From: Malacoraja senta
Taxonomy: Eukaryota
Length of the DNA: 60,000 bases
NCBI GenBank assembly: GCA_038087875.1
Contig: CM075989.1
Span: forward strand, 11,658,001 to 11,718,000
Direction: 5' to 3'
Positions 12,311 through 25,284 of this stretch are shown piece by piece. Below the pieces are notes generated by a model, which saw only the letters and a list, made by a program, of their open reading frames with translations, did not search any database and was not told the DNA's origin. The translations under genes were made by a program, and so were the position numbers. Within the stretch, counting starts at the first letter, position 1, and each line of letters begins with the position of its first letter.

Positions 12311-15149
12311 AAGGCCAGCTGTGATACACCAACGTGTGGATCTTTGGGTCAGGAGACATCTAATTTCCTAAAGTTACTGGGACGAGCCTTCTGTGTTTTC
12401 AGCACGCTTGGTACCTAATCTCACTGTTCAGAAAGTGATTATAGTTCTTTCTGTTGGCCCACTGATAACATCACTTGTCCGAGTGATGTTATCAGAATAG
12501 TTCCACGGAAGGAAGGAATCCACCAACACAATTTGCCAAATGCTCGCAATGGTGCCTCCGAGTCCTCTGTCTCAGAAATCCAAGTTTAATTTCCTTGATA
12601 GTCACAAGGACTTTAACCCTTTTAGATCCCTGTTATCAGCGATTCCAAAAAATGTACTTTTCACCAGGTTTCATTTTGTTGAGAGAGTAGAATTTCTTCG
12701 ATGATGAGACTTTAATATTGCAGACTTTAAGAAGCACACCGACAACTGTGTTCTGAGCTAGAGATGGATGGAAGTAATTATAAATCGTCCCAAAACGACA
12801 TAGCAATAATCACTGGACTCGAAACGAGAGTTATAGTTATAGGGCGAAGCAACACGGAAACAGGTCTATCAACCCAACTCATCCATGCAGAGTTAGCGAG
12901 AGTTAGCAAGACCGACTTTCCTGTGCCTGGCCCATATCCCTCCAAACCTTTTCTATCCAGCTACCTGCAAGCTCTCTTAAACTTGGGTACAAAATTAGCC
13001 ACCCTCCAGTCTTCCGACACCTTGCCCTTGGCTATCAAAGATACAGATATCTCCACCGAGAACTGCTCAATTTATTCCCTAGCTTCTCACAATGTCCTTC
13101 AATACATTTGATCAGGTCCCGGGGACTTATTCACATTGCATTTTAAGAACTTCAGCGCCTCCTCTTAGAAACATAGAAACATAGAAAAATAGGTGCAGGA
13201 GTAGGCCATTCGGCCCTTCGAGCCAGCACCGCCATTCAATATGATCATAGCTGATCTCTTCTGTAATGTGAACTCTCCAAGTACAATATGGACTGTTTCG
13301 TTAAATGGGAGTGGCTTTGAGGTCTTGGTGAGAAATCTGATGTTGGAACTTAACAAATTTACATAGCGTCTTTCACCACCTCCAGGGTTGAAAAGTGGTC
13401 TTGTAATTTTCACAGCAATAAGGTGAGGCATGGACAATGTTGTGATGTGAGCCGTTTATACACAGCAAAAATCTCTTCAACAGTAACGACCAAATAACCT
13501 GGTGTTTTCTGTAGAATTAGATGAAAGATAAATGTTTGCTTGGACATCTCCAGGAAGCCCCAAGTTCTTTGAGTAACCAGACAGATTGGGCTCAAAACTT
13601 ACTTGAACCTGACAAAACTACACTTGACCGTGTGGCACCTCTTCAGTCGCACACTGGGAGTGTGGGTCCGTGGGTTTGGGTCTCAGGAGTCAGACTTTAT
13701 CAAGTCAGACTTTTGACTGTGATGTCAGTGTGTCATTCATTGACTCGTGGCCAGCACCCTGGATATATCTTGACGCCAGCACTAAGTGTGTGCAAGACTA
13801 TTGGCTGTTGATTACATGTGTCTTACATGAAGCTTTGGAAGGGAGGGGGGGGAGGGGGGGAGAAATGATATGGATAAGGTATGGAACAAATGGCAATCAG
13901 CTCATTGAATATGGAGATGAAGACTCATGGCAGGATTGGGCTGGCAAGTCAAGCTGAACCGCTAGAGTGTCCTGGCTTAATCACACCAAGAAAGATATTG
14001 AACATGTCCTTAACCTTCCCTTGCCACAAGCCACGTTGGTAATGCTGAAAATGTTATTTTGAAAGAGGTCACCCTGGTGGTGTTCAGAACATTTGTCAGT
14101 CCCGGGCAATGTTGATATGAGAATCATCTTCATGTGATGTAAGTAGACCCTGATTGCCATCGTGTTCCTTGCTTTGTGGGCACTGGAAGAGCAGAGGCCC
14201 AGCTTTGGATCAGGTCAAATTATTCATTATAACTCAGTATTAATGGATGGCAGTATAAACATTAGCATTTAATGCAATGACATGTGTTCGAGCTGCTGTG
14301 TAATGCTGGTGATTATTTTCTGTATCAATATTTTTGTTGTTCGTGTTGGTGCTCATTTATTGTACATCATTGCTGCACAGTTTCAGCTCGCCAGCACTGG
14401 CGGAGGCACTGAGATTCAGTGGCACCTTTCGCAGGAGGAAGTCACAATGATTCAGGAGCAGGAACATGCAGCAAACTAATCCACTCAGACCAGACTGCAG
14501 GGAGCGAGTGGACAGAGCTGCATCCGGTTCACTGGTAATGCAAATTTAAACCATAAACGGGGAAAAGATGGAGGTGTAGTGTAGGTCTGAAATAGGAGGA
14601 AAGATTAAAGGTTTGGATTGGATCATTCATAGAATAACACTTTGTTGGAAAAAGCTGCAATCCTTAGAAGCTGACATTAAACCCAACAATAACAGCTCGC
14701 TGTAAACATGTCACATCGCAGCACTTCATGGTAGCAGAGCCAGGCAGGGTTTAACTGCACTGCATAGGGAAATATTTGGGCAGGTGATCAGGAGTCTGCA
14801 TGGTGAGGTAGGTTCTGATGAGCATCTTGAGGGGAGCGAGGCCAAGAGGTTTAGGAAGTGATTTTCAGAGTGGGAAGCACAGTGTGTATCTGTACACTGT
14901 GGATGGCTCGATTGTAATCATGTATTGTCTTTCCGCTGAGCTTTACCCTATACCTCAGTACACATGACAATAAACTAAACTGACTAACTAACAAGCACAG
15001 CTTGATTGCCTTCAAAGATGACCTAGTGCAGAGATTTTTATGGTGTTGAGGAGTTCATAGATGCAAGGTGAGGAGAGAACACAGAGGGATGGGAAAACCA
15101 GGAAAAGATGCACAGAGATTCACAGATTTTTGAATATTAAAGGATCTGG

Positions 15150-15665
15150 GATAGAACGTAGAACAGTATAGCCTAGGAACAGGCCATTTGGCCCAACATG
15201 TGCGTACTGAACATGAAGTTAAACGATTTTTCTCTGCTTGCATGTGATCCATATCCTTCCATTAGCTGCATATTTATGTGCCATTGTAAAAGCCTCTTAA
15301 ATGGCCCTACTGTGTCTCCCACCACTACCACCCCTGGCAGCATATTATTGGCACTCATCACTCTCTATGTATTGGTGGGGTGGGGCCAAATAAGCCCCGG
15401 ACATCGCCTTTAAGTTTTCCCCCTCTCACTTTAGTCAGACATTTATACCCTGAGGACAAAGATTCTGGCTGTCTACCCTATCTATGCCTTTCATAATTTT
15501 GTATACTTCTACAAGGTCTCCCCTCAACATCCGACACTCCAAAGAAAACAATCCAAGTTTGTTCAAACTCTGCTTGCAGCTAATATCCTCTAATCCAGGC
15601 AGTGTTCTAGTAAATCTCCTCTGCACCCTCTCCAAAGCCTCCATATCTTTTCTGTTATTGGGTAA
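15150..15665 (-). mobile_element. CR1 LINE 3' fragment
   Basis: Minus ORF KDMEALERVQRRFTRTLPGLE..LRGDLVEVYKIMKGIDRV. Confidence 0.9.
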
Positions 15666-15734
15666 CCAAAGTCCTTTAAAGCTGCAAAATGACTTCCTGA
15701 AAAGTACAGGTTGACTGCAGGAAAGTTGCCTGGC

Positions 15735-16160
15735 CGGGAATGATCCCGTGATCCTGGTGAGCAGAGCGACTGGGAGTGTTCCCACCGAGTGGGGCCAAGC
15801 CTTCTAGTAGGCCCGGCTCACCTACTGCGGATGTCGACGGGAACAGCGCCGTGAGAGCAAGGAGGGACCCACGAGCGACTGCTGAGAGAACGAGGTGGGC
15901 CGTTGGAGAGCGGACAGGGCCGCTGAGAATCAAAGGGGGTGGGATGGGGGAGGGGTTGTATAAGGCATGATGCCACGTGCAGCAGCAGGTAGTAGATAGG
16001 ACTGTTTGGTAAACTTTAGTAACTTTGTCAGCGCCAAAATGTGGTGACACTTCTGTACTGCCTAGGTGAGGTCTGCTACATGATTTTACTGGGCTGTATG
16101 CAAAGCAAAGCAAAGCATTTCACAACAACGTATGCATGTGACAACAAAGTATCATGGAAT
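15735..16160 (+). mobile_element. GC-rich non-coding retroposon with LINE-like 3' tail
   Basis: CpG-rich body ending in gcatttcac..catgtgacaacaaagtatcat; related tails on the minus strand at ~38563-38770 and ~52640-52810. Confidence 0.5.
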
Positions 16161-17354
16161 CAACCCCATTTATCTTGCCACCAATCTATATATAGCTACC
16201 AACCCACACAACTTTGGAACATGAGAGGAAACTGGAGCACGTAGACAAAACCCATGCAGTCACCAGGAAGATGGCAAACTCCACACAGATGCACTGGAGG
16301 TCAGAATCAGACTCTGGTGGCTGGAGCAGTGAGGCAGTGATATTAACTGCTGCACCAATACTTGCACTGCACTAGCGAACACATACACTGTAGTGACAGC
16401 AAGCAAAGTTAGTTTTATCAAACATACTTGCATTTATATATCACCTATTATGACCTCTGGATGTCCCAAAGCCACGTAGCCAATACATTGCACAACCAGT
16501 ATTGTGATGGAGGGTCATTTAGTGCACACCAAGCTCCTACAGATGGCATTGTGATGGTGTATTTTAAGGATAAATATTAGAGCACTAAGAACTCTCCTGC
16601 TCTTCCTCAAACGGTTCCATCTGGAAAGGTGAGTCACATCAAGGTGAGTCGAGTCATTTACCTGGCATTGTTTCACTCACTGCCTGTGCACTGGTGTTCC
16701 ATTCAATGTTATCTCTCCAGTGAACTACCACTAACTCCAGTGAGTAGGACTGAACCTGGAGCCACTATGTGATGGAGCTGGAGCCGATCTGAAGCAACCC
16801 TTGTTGCAAGAAATTTGGGTCAGTCACCTGTTACTGTGACAAGTGTGTAATTTATTGCCCAGGATATTTTGTGCTTGGATCAGGATTTCTACCAGATGAA
16901 AGATAAAAATATCATTCTCTAATTCAACATAAACAAAAGCAAGAGATAGATCAGTGCCAAATTAAATTCTTTTTTTGCACATAGTACTGCGATTTTTTGA
17001 ATACTCTGCATTTTCTGGGTGACAACACATGCGTCAACCATGCTGTGACTCATAATTAAAATGGGATTATTAATTATTTTTAATTTGATCAGCACTTCTG
17101 CACGTTGTGTGTAAACGGATTGCATGACACCCATTGGGACTGACATTCAGTCATCCTTGCTGCACAGAGCAAGTTGGGATTCCATGAGTAGGAAAGAGAC
17201 TGGTCCATCGGCATTGAAAGCAATGGGAGGGATTGAGTTGGAGGGATTGTGCCCTGGAATTCTTTTGTAATAAGATTGCATCATTTACCAGCTCTGAATA
17301 ACACAGAGAAAGCAAGTTACCTAATGTCCTGGAGTTGTTCAACTGGAAAAATTA

Positions 17355-18500
17355 CAGAGAAGATTTATGAGGATGTTGCCAGGACTCGGGTGCCTGAGCT
17401 GTAGGGCCTTATTCCTTGGAGTGCAGGAAAACGAGGGGTGGTCTCATAGAGTTGTATAAATCATGAGAGGAATGTAGGGTAAATGCACAGCATTTTTAAT
17501 GCATTTTTTATGCAGAGTAGGGGATTCAACAACCAGATTTAAGGTGAGGGGGAAATATTTAAGGGGCTGTCCCACTGCGGGGACCTAATCTGCGAGTTTA
17601 GAAGAGTTTGCCCTCGACTCAAACTCGCATCATAGACGACACGTGGTCCTAGGAGGTCCTATGAGGTCACTGGAACTCTCCTTCATGCTCGAGGGAAGTT
17701 CCCGCTACTCGCGGCCTCAGTTTGGTCGAGGAAAATGTTTCAGCATGTTGAAAATTTTTCCGCGAGTAAAAATTGGTTGGCATGGTTCTTTTGAACTCAT
17801 AGTGCAGTGGAGTGGGGTCGCTATGTAGTTACAGGCAGTCGAGGGCAGCCGTAGGCAATCTCCTTCGCTGACCGGGCATTTTAATTGGCTCATTTGAGTT
17901 TTCAGGACCAAGGAAAACCGACCGGTAAGTTAAATGCCCACTAAACTTTATTAAACGTTGTCTGGCTTCTTAAAAGTGTCTCCACTCCTTCACCCCCCAC
18001 CGCGCTCTCTAAAGGACTTACCGCACACTGAGCAGCCGTCTTTTACCTTCCTGTTCATCGCGGGTGTGAATTTCAGACAGCGCTCCCCCGCTTTCCGTGG
18101 CCCCGCCTTTGCGATGTGTGTGTGTGCAATCGGTCGATCCAGCTCGCGGTTTCATCGCTGACGGTCGATCCAGCTCGAGGTTTTTCAGGCGAGTTGCCCT
18201 CGAGCTTGAAGGTCGGAAACAGTCGCTGAAAGGTCGCGTTGGTGGGACAGGCCCTTTAGTAGGAACTTGAGGGGCCATCTTTTTACACAGAGGGTGGTAG
18301 GTATATGGAACCAGCTGCCGCAGGAGGGACAGTGGCGAGGGAGGGGCAGGTACTAACCAAAATTTAAAAAGTCTATTTGAACAGTTTCATGGATAGGATG
18401 GGTTTGGAGTGATACGTACCAAAGGCAGGCATGTTGGTTTGCGTGGACAAATTGGGTTGAAGAGCTGTTTCCAAACTGTATGACTCTATTACTCTAACTC
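17355..18500 (+). mobile_element. CR1 LINE 3' fragment split by a Harbinger MITE
   Basis: Removing 17562-18258 restores ggaaatatTTAgtaggaacttgagggg, the CR1 segment seen in other copies. Confidence 0.8.
17562..18255. mobile_element. Non-autonomous PIF/Harbinger DNA transposon (MITE, 694 bp)
   Basis: TIRs AGGGGCTGTCCCAC / GTGGGACAGGCCCT (1 mismatch); TTA TSDs at 17559-17561 and 18256-18258; CpG-rich interior with no transposase ORF. Confidence 0.85.
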
Positions 18501-18664
18501 TATAGTGAGACTAGCATGCCCAGATGGAAGATGTGTTTGCGCATTGTTATAACCGTGCAGGAGGCCACAGACAGGTCAGTGTGTAAACCAGGTGGAGAAT
18601 TAAAGTGTCAGTCAGTGAGGACCTACGAACTGAGCACAGATGCTCCACAAAAGATCACCCTATC

Positions 18665-19150
18665 TGTAGAAACAAGGAACTGCAGATGCTGATTTACGAA
18701 AGGAGACACAGAGTGCTAGAGTATCTTAATGGGTCGGGCTGCATCTCGGGTGAACGGGGATAGGTGACGCTTTGGGCCAGGACCCCTTCTTCTAATTTTG
18801 CTGAACGAATAAGGGTTCTGACCTGAACGTCACTTATACATGTTCTCCTGAGATGCTCCCTGCCCCGCTGAGCTACTCCAGCTACTCTGTGTCTTGCACC
18901 CTCTGTGTTTGGTTCCTCTGGTATAGCGGAGACCACATTGTGAACACCGAATGCAGTGTACTGGATTCGACGAAGTGCAAGTGAATCACTACTTCACCTG
19001 GAAAGGCTCCTGGGTCCCTGGATGGTGGGATGGAAAGAGGCGAAAGGACTGGCATTGCATATCCTGTGGTTGCAAGGGAAACTGTTGTAAGAATGGGAGT
19101 GGATGCCACAGGTGGAAGAGCAGACCAAGGAATTGTGAAGGGAAGTGCTT
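18665..19150 (-). mobile_element. Palindromic pLTR-derived element followed by an old Penelope (Neptune) Cys-linker / GIY-YIG remnant
   Basis: Inverted arms at 18665-18895. Minus-strand 18900-19090 is homologous to 54650-55090 (FPCNHRICN..IQGP..). Confidence 0.7.
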
Positions 19151-21104
19151 ATGCCTTTGTGTATGAATCTGCATACACACGCATGTGCCCATGCATGTAC
19201 ATGTGTGAGTGTTGCCTGGTGAGGAGGGGTTGGTACACAGTTCCAGGCCCCTTATGATGAAGGATTGGCCCAGGAGATTTGTCTCTGGGTGCCTTTATAA
19301 GGAGTAAAATAACAGCAATGGGCTCGGCAAAGGAATTTACTGAACAAATTGAGGATGGAAATTGCATTGAGGGAGTTGAAGAATTGTTAGATGTGGAGCA
19401 GAAAAAAACAGCAGATTCAGCAGCAATTCTCATCTCAGGTAGAGCAAAGGAGGAGATAAAATAAAAATAACTGTCATTGCGTAATAAAAATGATATAAAC
19501 ATCAATAAATACTCTCGGCCCGAGTGTAACCAATTGTTCTGCGGCACTGAACACATCGAGACTCCAGCAGCTGCACAGGTCGGGCAGATTTGCCGATCCC
19601 TGTGTTTGATGCCATGTCTCTCTCCGTCTGCTGGTTGGAAGATTGTCAAGTTCCATTTTGAAACCATCATCTCTGCGATAATCAGGAGAGTTCACTCCGT
19701 GCTGGTGTTTGCTGAGGTTCCCCGAGTGGCTCACTCTCCTCTTGGTTAGGTGGATGCATGCTCACGTTCTATTTGAGGATTCGGCACAAAACCTGGGAAG
19801 AAAAGCCCCACATGGTGAAACAGTCCGAGCGTTGTACCATGGGTGGAGCAATGGCGAGGGAGCGCCGGGCCGTGGGAGAGGTAGTGGAGTGGGAGGGGCA
19901 GTGACGAGGGAGGGGCAGTGGCATGGGTGGGGTAGTGATCTGGCGAGGGTAGTGGCGAGAGAGTGCCACATCGAGGGATGGGGGCAGTGTTGAGGTATCG
20001 CCCTGGGAGGGACAATGATGTGGAAGTGGCAGTACTCATCATGCTTTTAACATCTTTAACAATGGGTTATCTGGTTATTTTTCACAACGCAGTTTGTGGA
20101 AGCGCACCGTACATAAATTGACCGCCAGGCTCCCTAATTTCTATTAATGACGGCGCTTCAAAAAGTGCTTCATTTAGTGTGAACATTTTGGGTGATTGAG
20201 GCTGAGAAAGGTGCTCCAGAAATGCAAAAAGATTCTTCAGTGCTGGTGATTCCTGAAGCTACAGCAGATGGCAGGGTCTGTCCTGCAGATGGTTGTGGGA
20301 ACCATGTCTCCACTATCTCCTCATGTGGCCACAACCGGCTGTTCCAGGATGTTCTCACCAATTGCATTTACTTTTGGTTCCAATTGTAAAATCATTTGGG
20401 CAGTAATTTCCTTCACCTCCAGCAATATCAAGGCACACCACAGCTGGAGGTCATATCCAAGTGTCAGTGGCATTGCTTCGAAGCAGTCAATTTGTGCACA
20501 GCAACATCTCACAAAGAGCATTGTGATACATAACGGGTTAATCTCTGAGCAATGATGGATGAGGGATGAACATTGGCCAGGACTTGCGTCAGAGGCAGAG
20601 TTGCAGTAGCTGTTCTCCCTGCTGAACAGTCAAGCACTTTCTGAAGAATTCTTTGGCAGAGAAACAGATCCATTAATCTTACTGAGTGAATGTAGCTCGG
20701 TGTCCGAGCACAGCCTGCCGAGGCGTCCTTCACCCTGATAGTCACTGGCAGCATGAACATTGACTGTGAACTGATAACAAAACAGTGCTCAACAAACCTA
20801 AACCCAGAGGACAGAGGTTTAAGTGAGAGGAGAAAGCGGGGAAGGAAGCTGAGGGTCAACCTTTTCATACAGAGGGTGGTGGGTATATGGAACAAGCTAC
20901 CAGAGGAGGTAGTTGAGGTAGGCAGTATAAGAACATATAAAATACATTTGAACAGATACATGGATAAGGAAGGTTTAGAGGGATATGAGCCAAACATGGA
21001 CAGGTAGGATTAGTGTAGATGGGGCATCTGGGACAGCATAGGCAAGTTGGACTGCATAGTCTGTTTCCAAGCTGTATAACTCTAGGATTCTATGACTCCC
21101 ATAT

Positions 21105-21445
21105 CAGGTTAGAGATACCAGAGGGAAACGGACCTTTCAGTCCATACTGACCATCAACCACCCATTTGCACCAATCCTACAATAATCCTGTTTCCAATCT
21201 CTACATTTTTTCCCTTCAGCTCACAGATTCTAGCACTTACCTACACACACCAGTGGAAAATTATAGCAGCCAATTAACCTACCGACCCGCAGGCCTCTGA
21301 GATGTGGGAGGAAACTGGAGCACCCAGGGGAAACCCACATGGGCACGGGGACAACGTGCAAACTCCACACAGTCAGCACCCGAGGTCAGGATTGCACCTT
21401 GTTCACCGGAGCTTTAAGGCAGCAGCTCCAGCAGATGCAGTACCA
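21105..21445 (-). mobile_element. V-SINE (HE1-like)
   Basis: tgtgggaggaaactggagcacccaggggaaacccac..gtgcaaactccacac is the reverse V domain. Further minus copies at ~16170-16360 and ~22955-23230. Confidence 0.8.
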
Positions 21446-23899
21446 CCTGTCATCGGGATCAGTCTATACTGTTTGTCAATTCATTCAATCCAGAATAGGA
21501 AGTAAGGCCAATCTCCCTGTTCTATCTCTGCTGACTCAGTGAATGAAAAATTGACCCCCAATCCAGGATCCAAAGCTGGTTTGCAAGAATTTTATTTTTG
21601 ATGCAATCACTGATGTGCCACAGTCGGCTGTGGAGGCCAAGTCGACGGATATTTTTTAAGGCAGAGATTGACAGATTCTTGATTAGTAAGGGTGTCAGAG
21701 GTTATGGGGACAAGGCAGGAGAATGGGTTTGAGAGGGAAAGACAGATCAGCCATGATTGAATGGCGGAGTAGACTTGATGGGCCAAATGAACTCATTCTG
21801 CTCCTAGACTTTATGAACTTATGATTCACAAAGCAAGTAATGACCAATTTGCACACAGCAAATCCCCACGCATAACAGTGAAGTAAATAGCCAGGCTGTC
21901 TGAAATGTTAGTGATGTGTGGGATCATGAGAATCTGCAGACTGGAGGATAGCAAATATAATGCCACAGAATGACTGGCATGATGGTGGGTCAGTCATGCG
22001 AGGAAGCATTGGGTTGACTGGCTTCATATTCAGGAAAGTTTGGAAGATTGGGACATCTCACTGATCACCTATCATACACAATTCTGATGGGGCTCAATGG
22101 CCTGGATATGGGGAAGATGTTTCCTGCAGCTACAGGGACTACAGCTAGGTTTGAGACTGGAATGAGGTGAACCTGTTGAAATCAAGCCTCTGGATATATT
22201 TAAGGAGAGAGACAGCTTTCTAGATACAAAACCTAGGGATAAGGTATTGAGGTAGAGGATTGCTCATATTGAATAGTGAAAATTTGAATGTCGAATTGCC
22301 TACCCTTGCTCTAGTTATGCTCTGTATCCATAAGAAATAGAAGAGTTGGTCATTCATCTGTCACATCTGCTCTGACATCCAGGTTTAGGAACTGCATTTT
22401 CCCAGCAACCATCAGGATATTGAATACTACAAACACCAACTAAACTGCAAATTGTCTTGGATACATGGAGGACTTTGTTTTACTTTGGACTAATATTGGG
22501 TTTTTTTTAAATTGATTTTTTGTTGTCGTCATTTGTCATGTATTGAGTACCATGTTTGCACTCCTGGTGTGCTGCTGCACGTAAGAATTTCATTGTTCTG
22601 TTTCAGTACATATGACAATTTAACACTCTTGTCCCTCACTTGACTCTTTCCTGCCACTTTCATCCACCGGCTCTGTATCCCCTGACCCCCTCACTATTCA
22701 AATATCCTATTCAGTCTCTTGAAGGCACTCAGTGATTGAGCTTCCATAGCCTTCTAGGGGAGTGTGTTCAACACTGTCTCCACCCTCTAGGTCACAAAAT
22801 CCTCTGCTCATCTCTGTCCTGGAAGAATTGATCTTGCCCAACACTTCCTAGTGCTCTGCAATTAGTCCCAGAGGATGGCAGCTGTTCTGTCCAAAGGACA
22901 GATGGTGCCCAGATTAATGGGACAGATTTTCATATTATCATACTCCCTCAGGGTGAAGAAAAAGGCCATTCAGCCCATCCAGTCCATGCTGGCTCATCAA
23001 GTAGTCCCATTCCCCTGTAGTTCTCTCTGCATCTACATCAATTATCCCATTCACCGACACATTAGGGGCAATTTACAGTGATCCATTAACCCATCAACAC
23101 GCATGCCTTTGGGATGTGGGAGGAAACCAATGCACCTGGAGGAAACTCATGCAGTCACAGGGAGAGCGTGCAAACTCCACACTGACATCATCAGAGTTCA
23201 GGAATGAACCCGAGTTGTTGGAGCTGCAAGACAGGATGAGGGATAATGAAACCATCTGTCATCAAAACTGGCACGTACTTGCAATTATGCATTTGTGAAT
23301 TAACGCATAAATCCCAAGATTGCTGTCATTTATTCACTCATACTCTCGCCTGAACGCAATTTTGCCCAGAAATTCCACAAAAGCATCTGAATAGACAATA
23401 ATTGCAGATTTATATGAATGTCCTGCTATAAATTACCCTGAAAATCTTGCCTGCCTTTGCATTAAAAAGCTTGAATTTGTAATGCAAGGAGCCATAATTA
23501 CGGCTTAGCAAATTATCCACTCTCAAATAACATTCTATGTAAATGCATTGTAATTTCCTTATCTGAACATTTCAAATTATAAGGAATAAATTTAGGATAT
23601 ATCCTCTATCTTGACTGCATGTGTTCCAATATTTACTCAGTGATCTTTTAAAGTGTTTAAAATCTTAATTAAAAATTGATGCCAATTGTTTCCTGGTTTG
23701 TGGCCTGTGAGAATTCTTTAGTGTGATTTGTTGTTCAGTCGGCCCATTGACATTATGGCTGCAGGTTCCAGGGATCCTTTTGAACTGATGTTTGGTAGAG
23801 GCAGTTCTTTCCGTAGAGATCACTATCTCTTCAGGACATTACTTTGTTGCTGACTATAAATTCTGGGGCAATTACAATAGGCCCAATGGGCGCAGGAAC

Positions 23900-24425
23900 A
23901 TAAAATGTTACAGCCCAGGAACAGGCCCTTCAGCCGCAATGTCTATGTTCACTTGATGCCAAATAAACTAACCCCATCTGTCTGCTCATGAACAATATAC
24001 CCCCTTCCCTATGTGTTTATATGCCTGCCTAAATGCCTCCTAAACATCACTATTTTATCTGCTTCAACTACCTACACTGGCAGCGTGTTCCAGACACACA
24101 TCACTCTCCGTGTAAAAGAAAAGTGCCTCACACATCTCCTTTAAACTTCACCTCTCTCACCTCAAAGCTTTGCCCTCTAGTATTTCATATTTCTACCCTG
24201 GGGAAAAAGACTCTGACTATCTTCCCTATCTACACCTTTCATAATTTTATAAACTTCTATCATTTTGGCCTCTGCCTTCAATGTGCCCAGAGAAAAAAAA
24301 ACAAGTTTATCTCTCTTTCTAGCTAATACACTCTGATCCAGGCAACATCCTGGTGAGTCTCTTCTGCATCCTCTCTGAAGCCTCCACATCTTTCCTGCAA
24401 TGGAGCGTTCAGAACTGCACATGGT
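23900..24425 (-). mobile_element. CR1 LINE 3' fragment
   Basis: Minus ORF ..MIEVYKIMKGVDREDSQSLFP and CR1 tail. Confidence 0.8.
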
Positions 24426-24763
24426 ATCTATTAACTCTGAGGAGAACTGAAGCATCTGCTTAGGTTTTGTGCTTGAGTGCCTGGAATAGAACCACAACTC
24501 CTGATCTGATCAATTGACACCTTTTGAATCGCCCTTCACTCTCTGCTTAGCCAACCAAAGCAAATAGTCTTTCTCCATGATCGTTTCATTTAAAAAACCT
24601 TCCCTACTTTAAAAGCTTTCTCTGTTCCAGGGGGAACAATTCAACTGTCTTTCCTGCGAACTATAATTCTTCAAAACTGCCAGGAGATGGATCGACCCGC
24701 TTTCTAAAACCTCCAGCTGTGGGTTTTATTCTCTTCGCAGGGTATTATTGGAACCCTTCAATT

Positions 24764-24961
24764 AAATTTCCACCTTCTAGTCATTTACAATGCCCATTAA
24801 TATTTGCATAAACCATCTGAACTCTGTTATTAAATTGGTGTCTATAGTTGCTCCAGAGCATCAAATTTCCACCTTCTAGTCATTTACAATGCCCATTAAT
24901 ATTTGCATAAACCATCTGAACTCTGTTATTAAATTGGTGTCTATAGTTGCTCCAGAGCATC
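24764..24961. repeat. Perfect 99-bp tandem duplication
   Basis: 24764-24862 is identical to 24863-24961 (aaatttccaccttctag...ccagagcatc). Confidence 0.95.
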
Positions 24962-25284
24962 AATTATTACATGGGTTGGGATGAGTGTGTGAGGATTTCT
25001 GGGCATTAATATCCCATCGTCTACAGTTATTACCGTTGATAGTGATTGTATGATTTATGGTAGTTTTGCCCAGACATATTCATTAACACAATCTTCTCTG
25101 CCATCCAACCAGTTCTGGTCAGAAATAGAGTAGAAAGGTCACTTGGGAAGAATGTGAAACCTCCCTGACTCTGGAGGTTTGACCATCATGTAGACACCAG
25201 TCCAGAGCTTGTTTCGTAAAATCTCTCCTTGCACCTCTGCCCAGTCTCACTGTAGAGTTTAACCGTGTCCGGGGCTTGTGTCGC

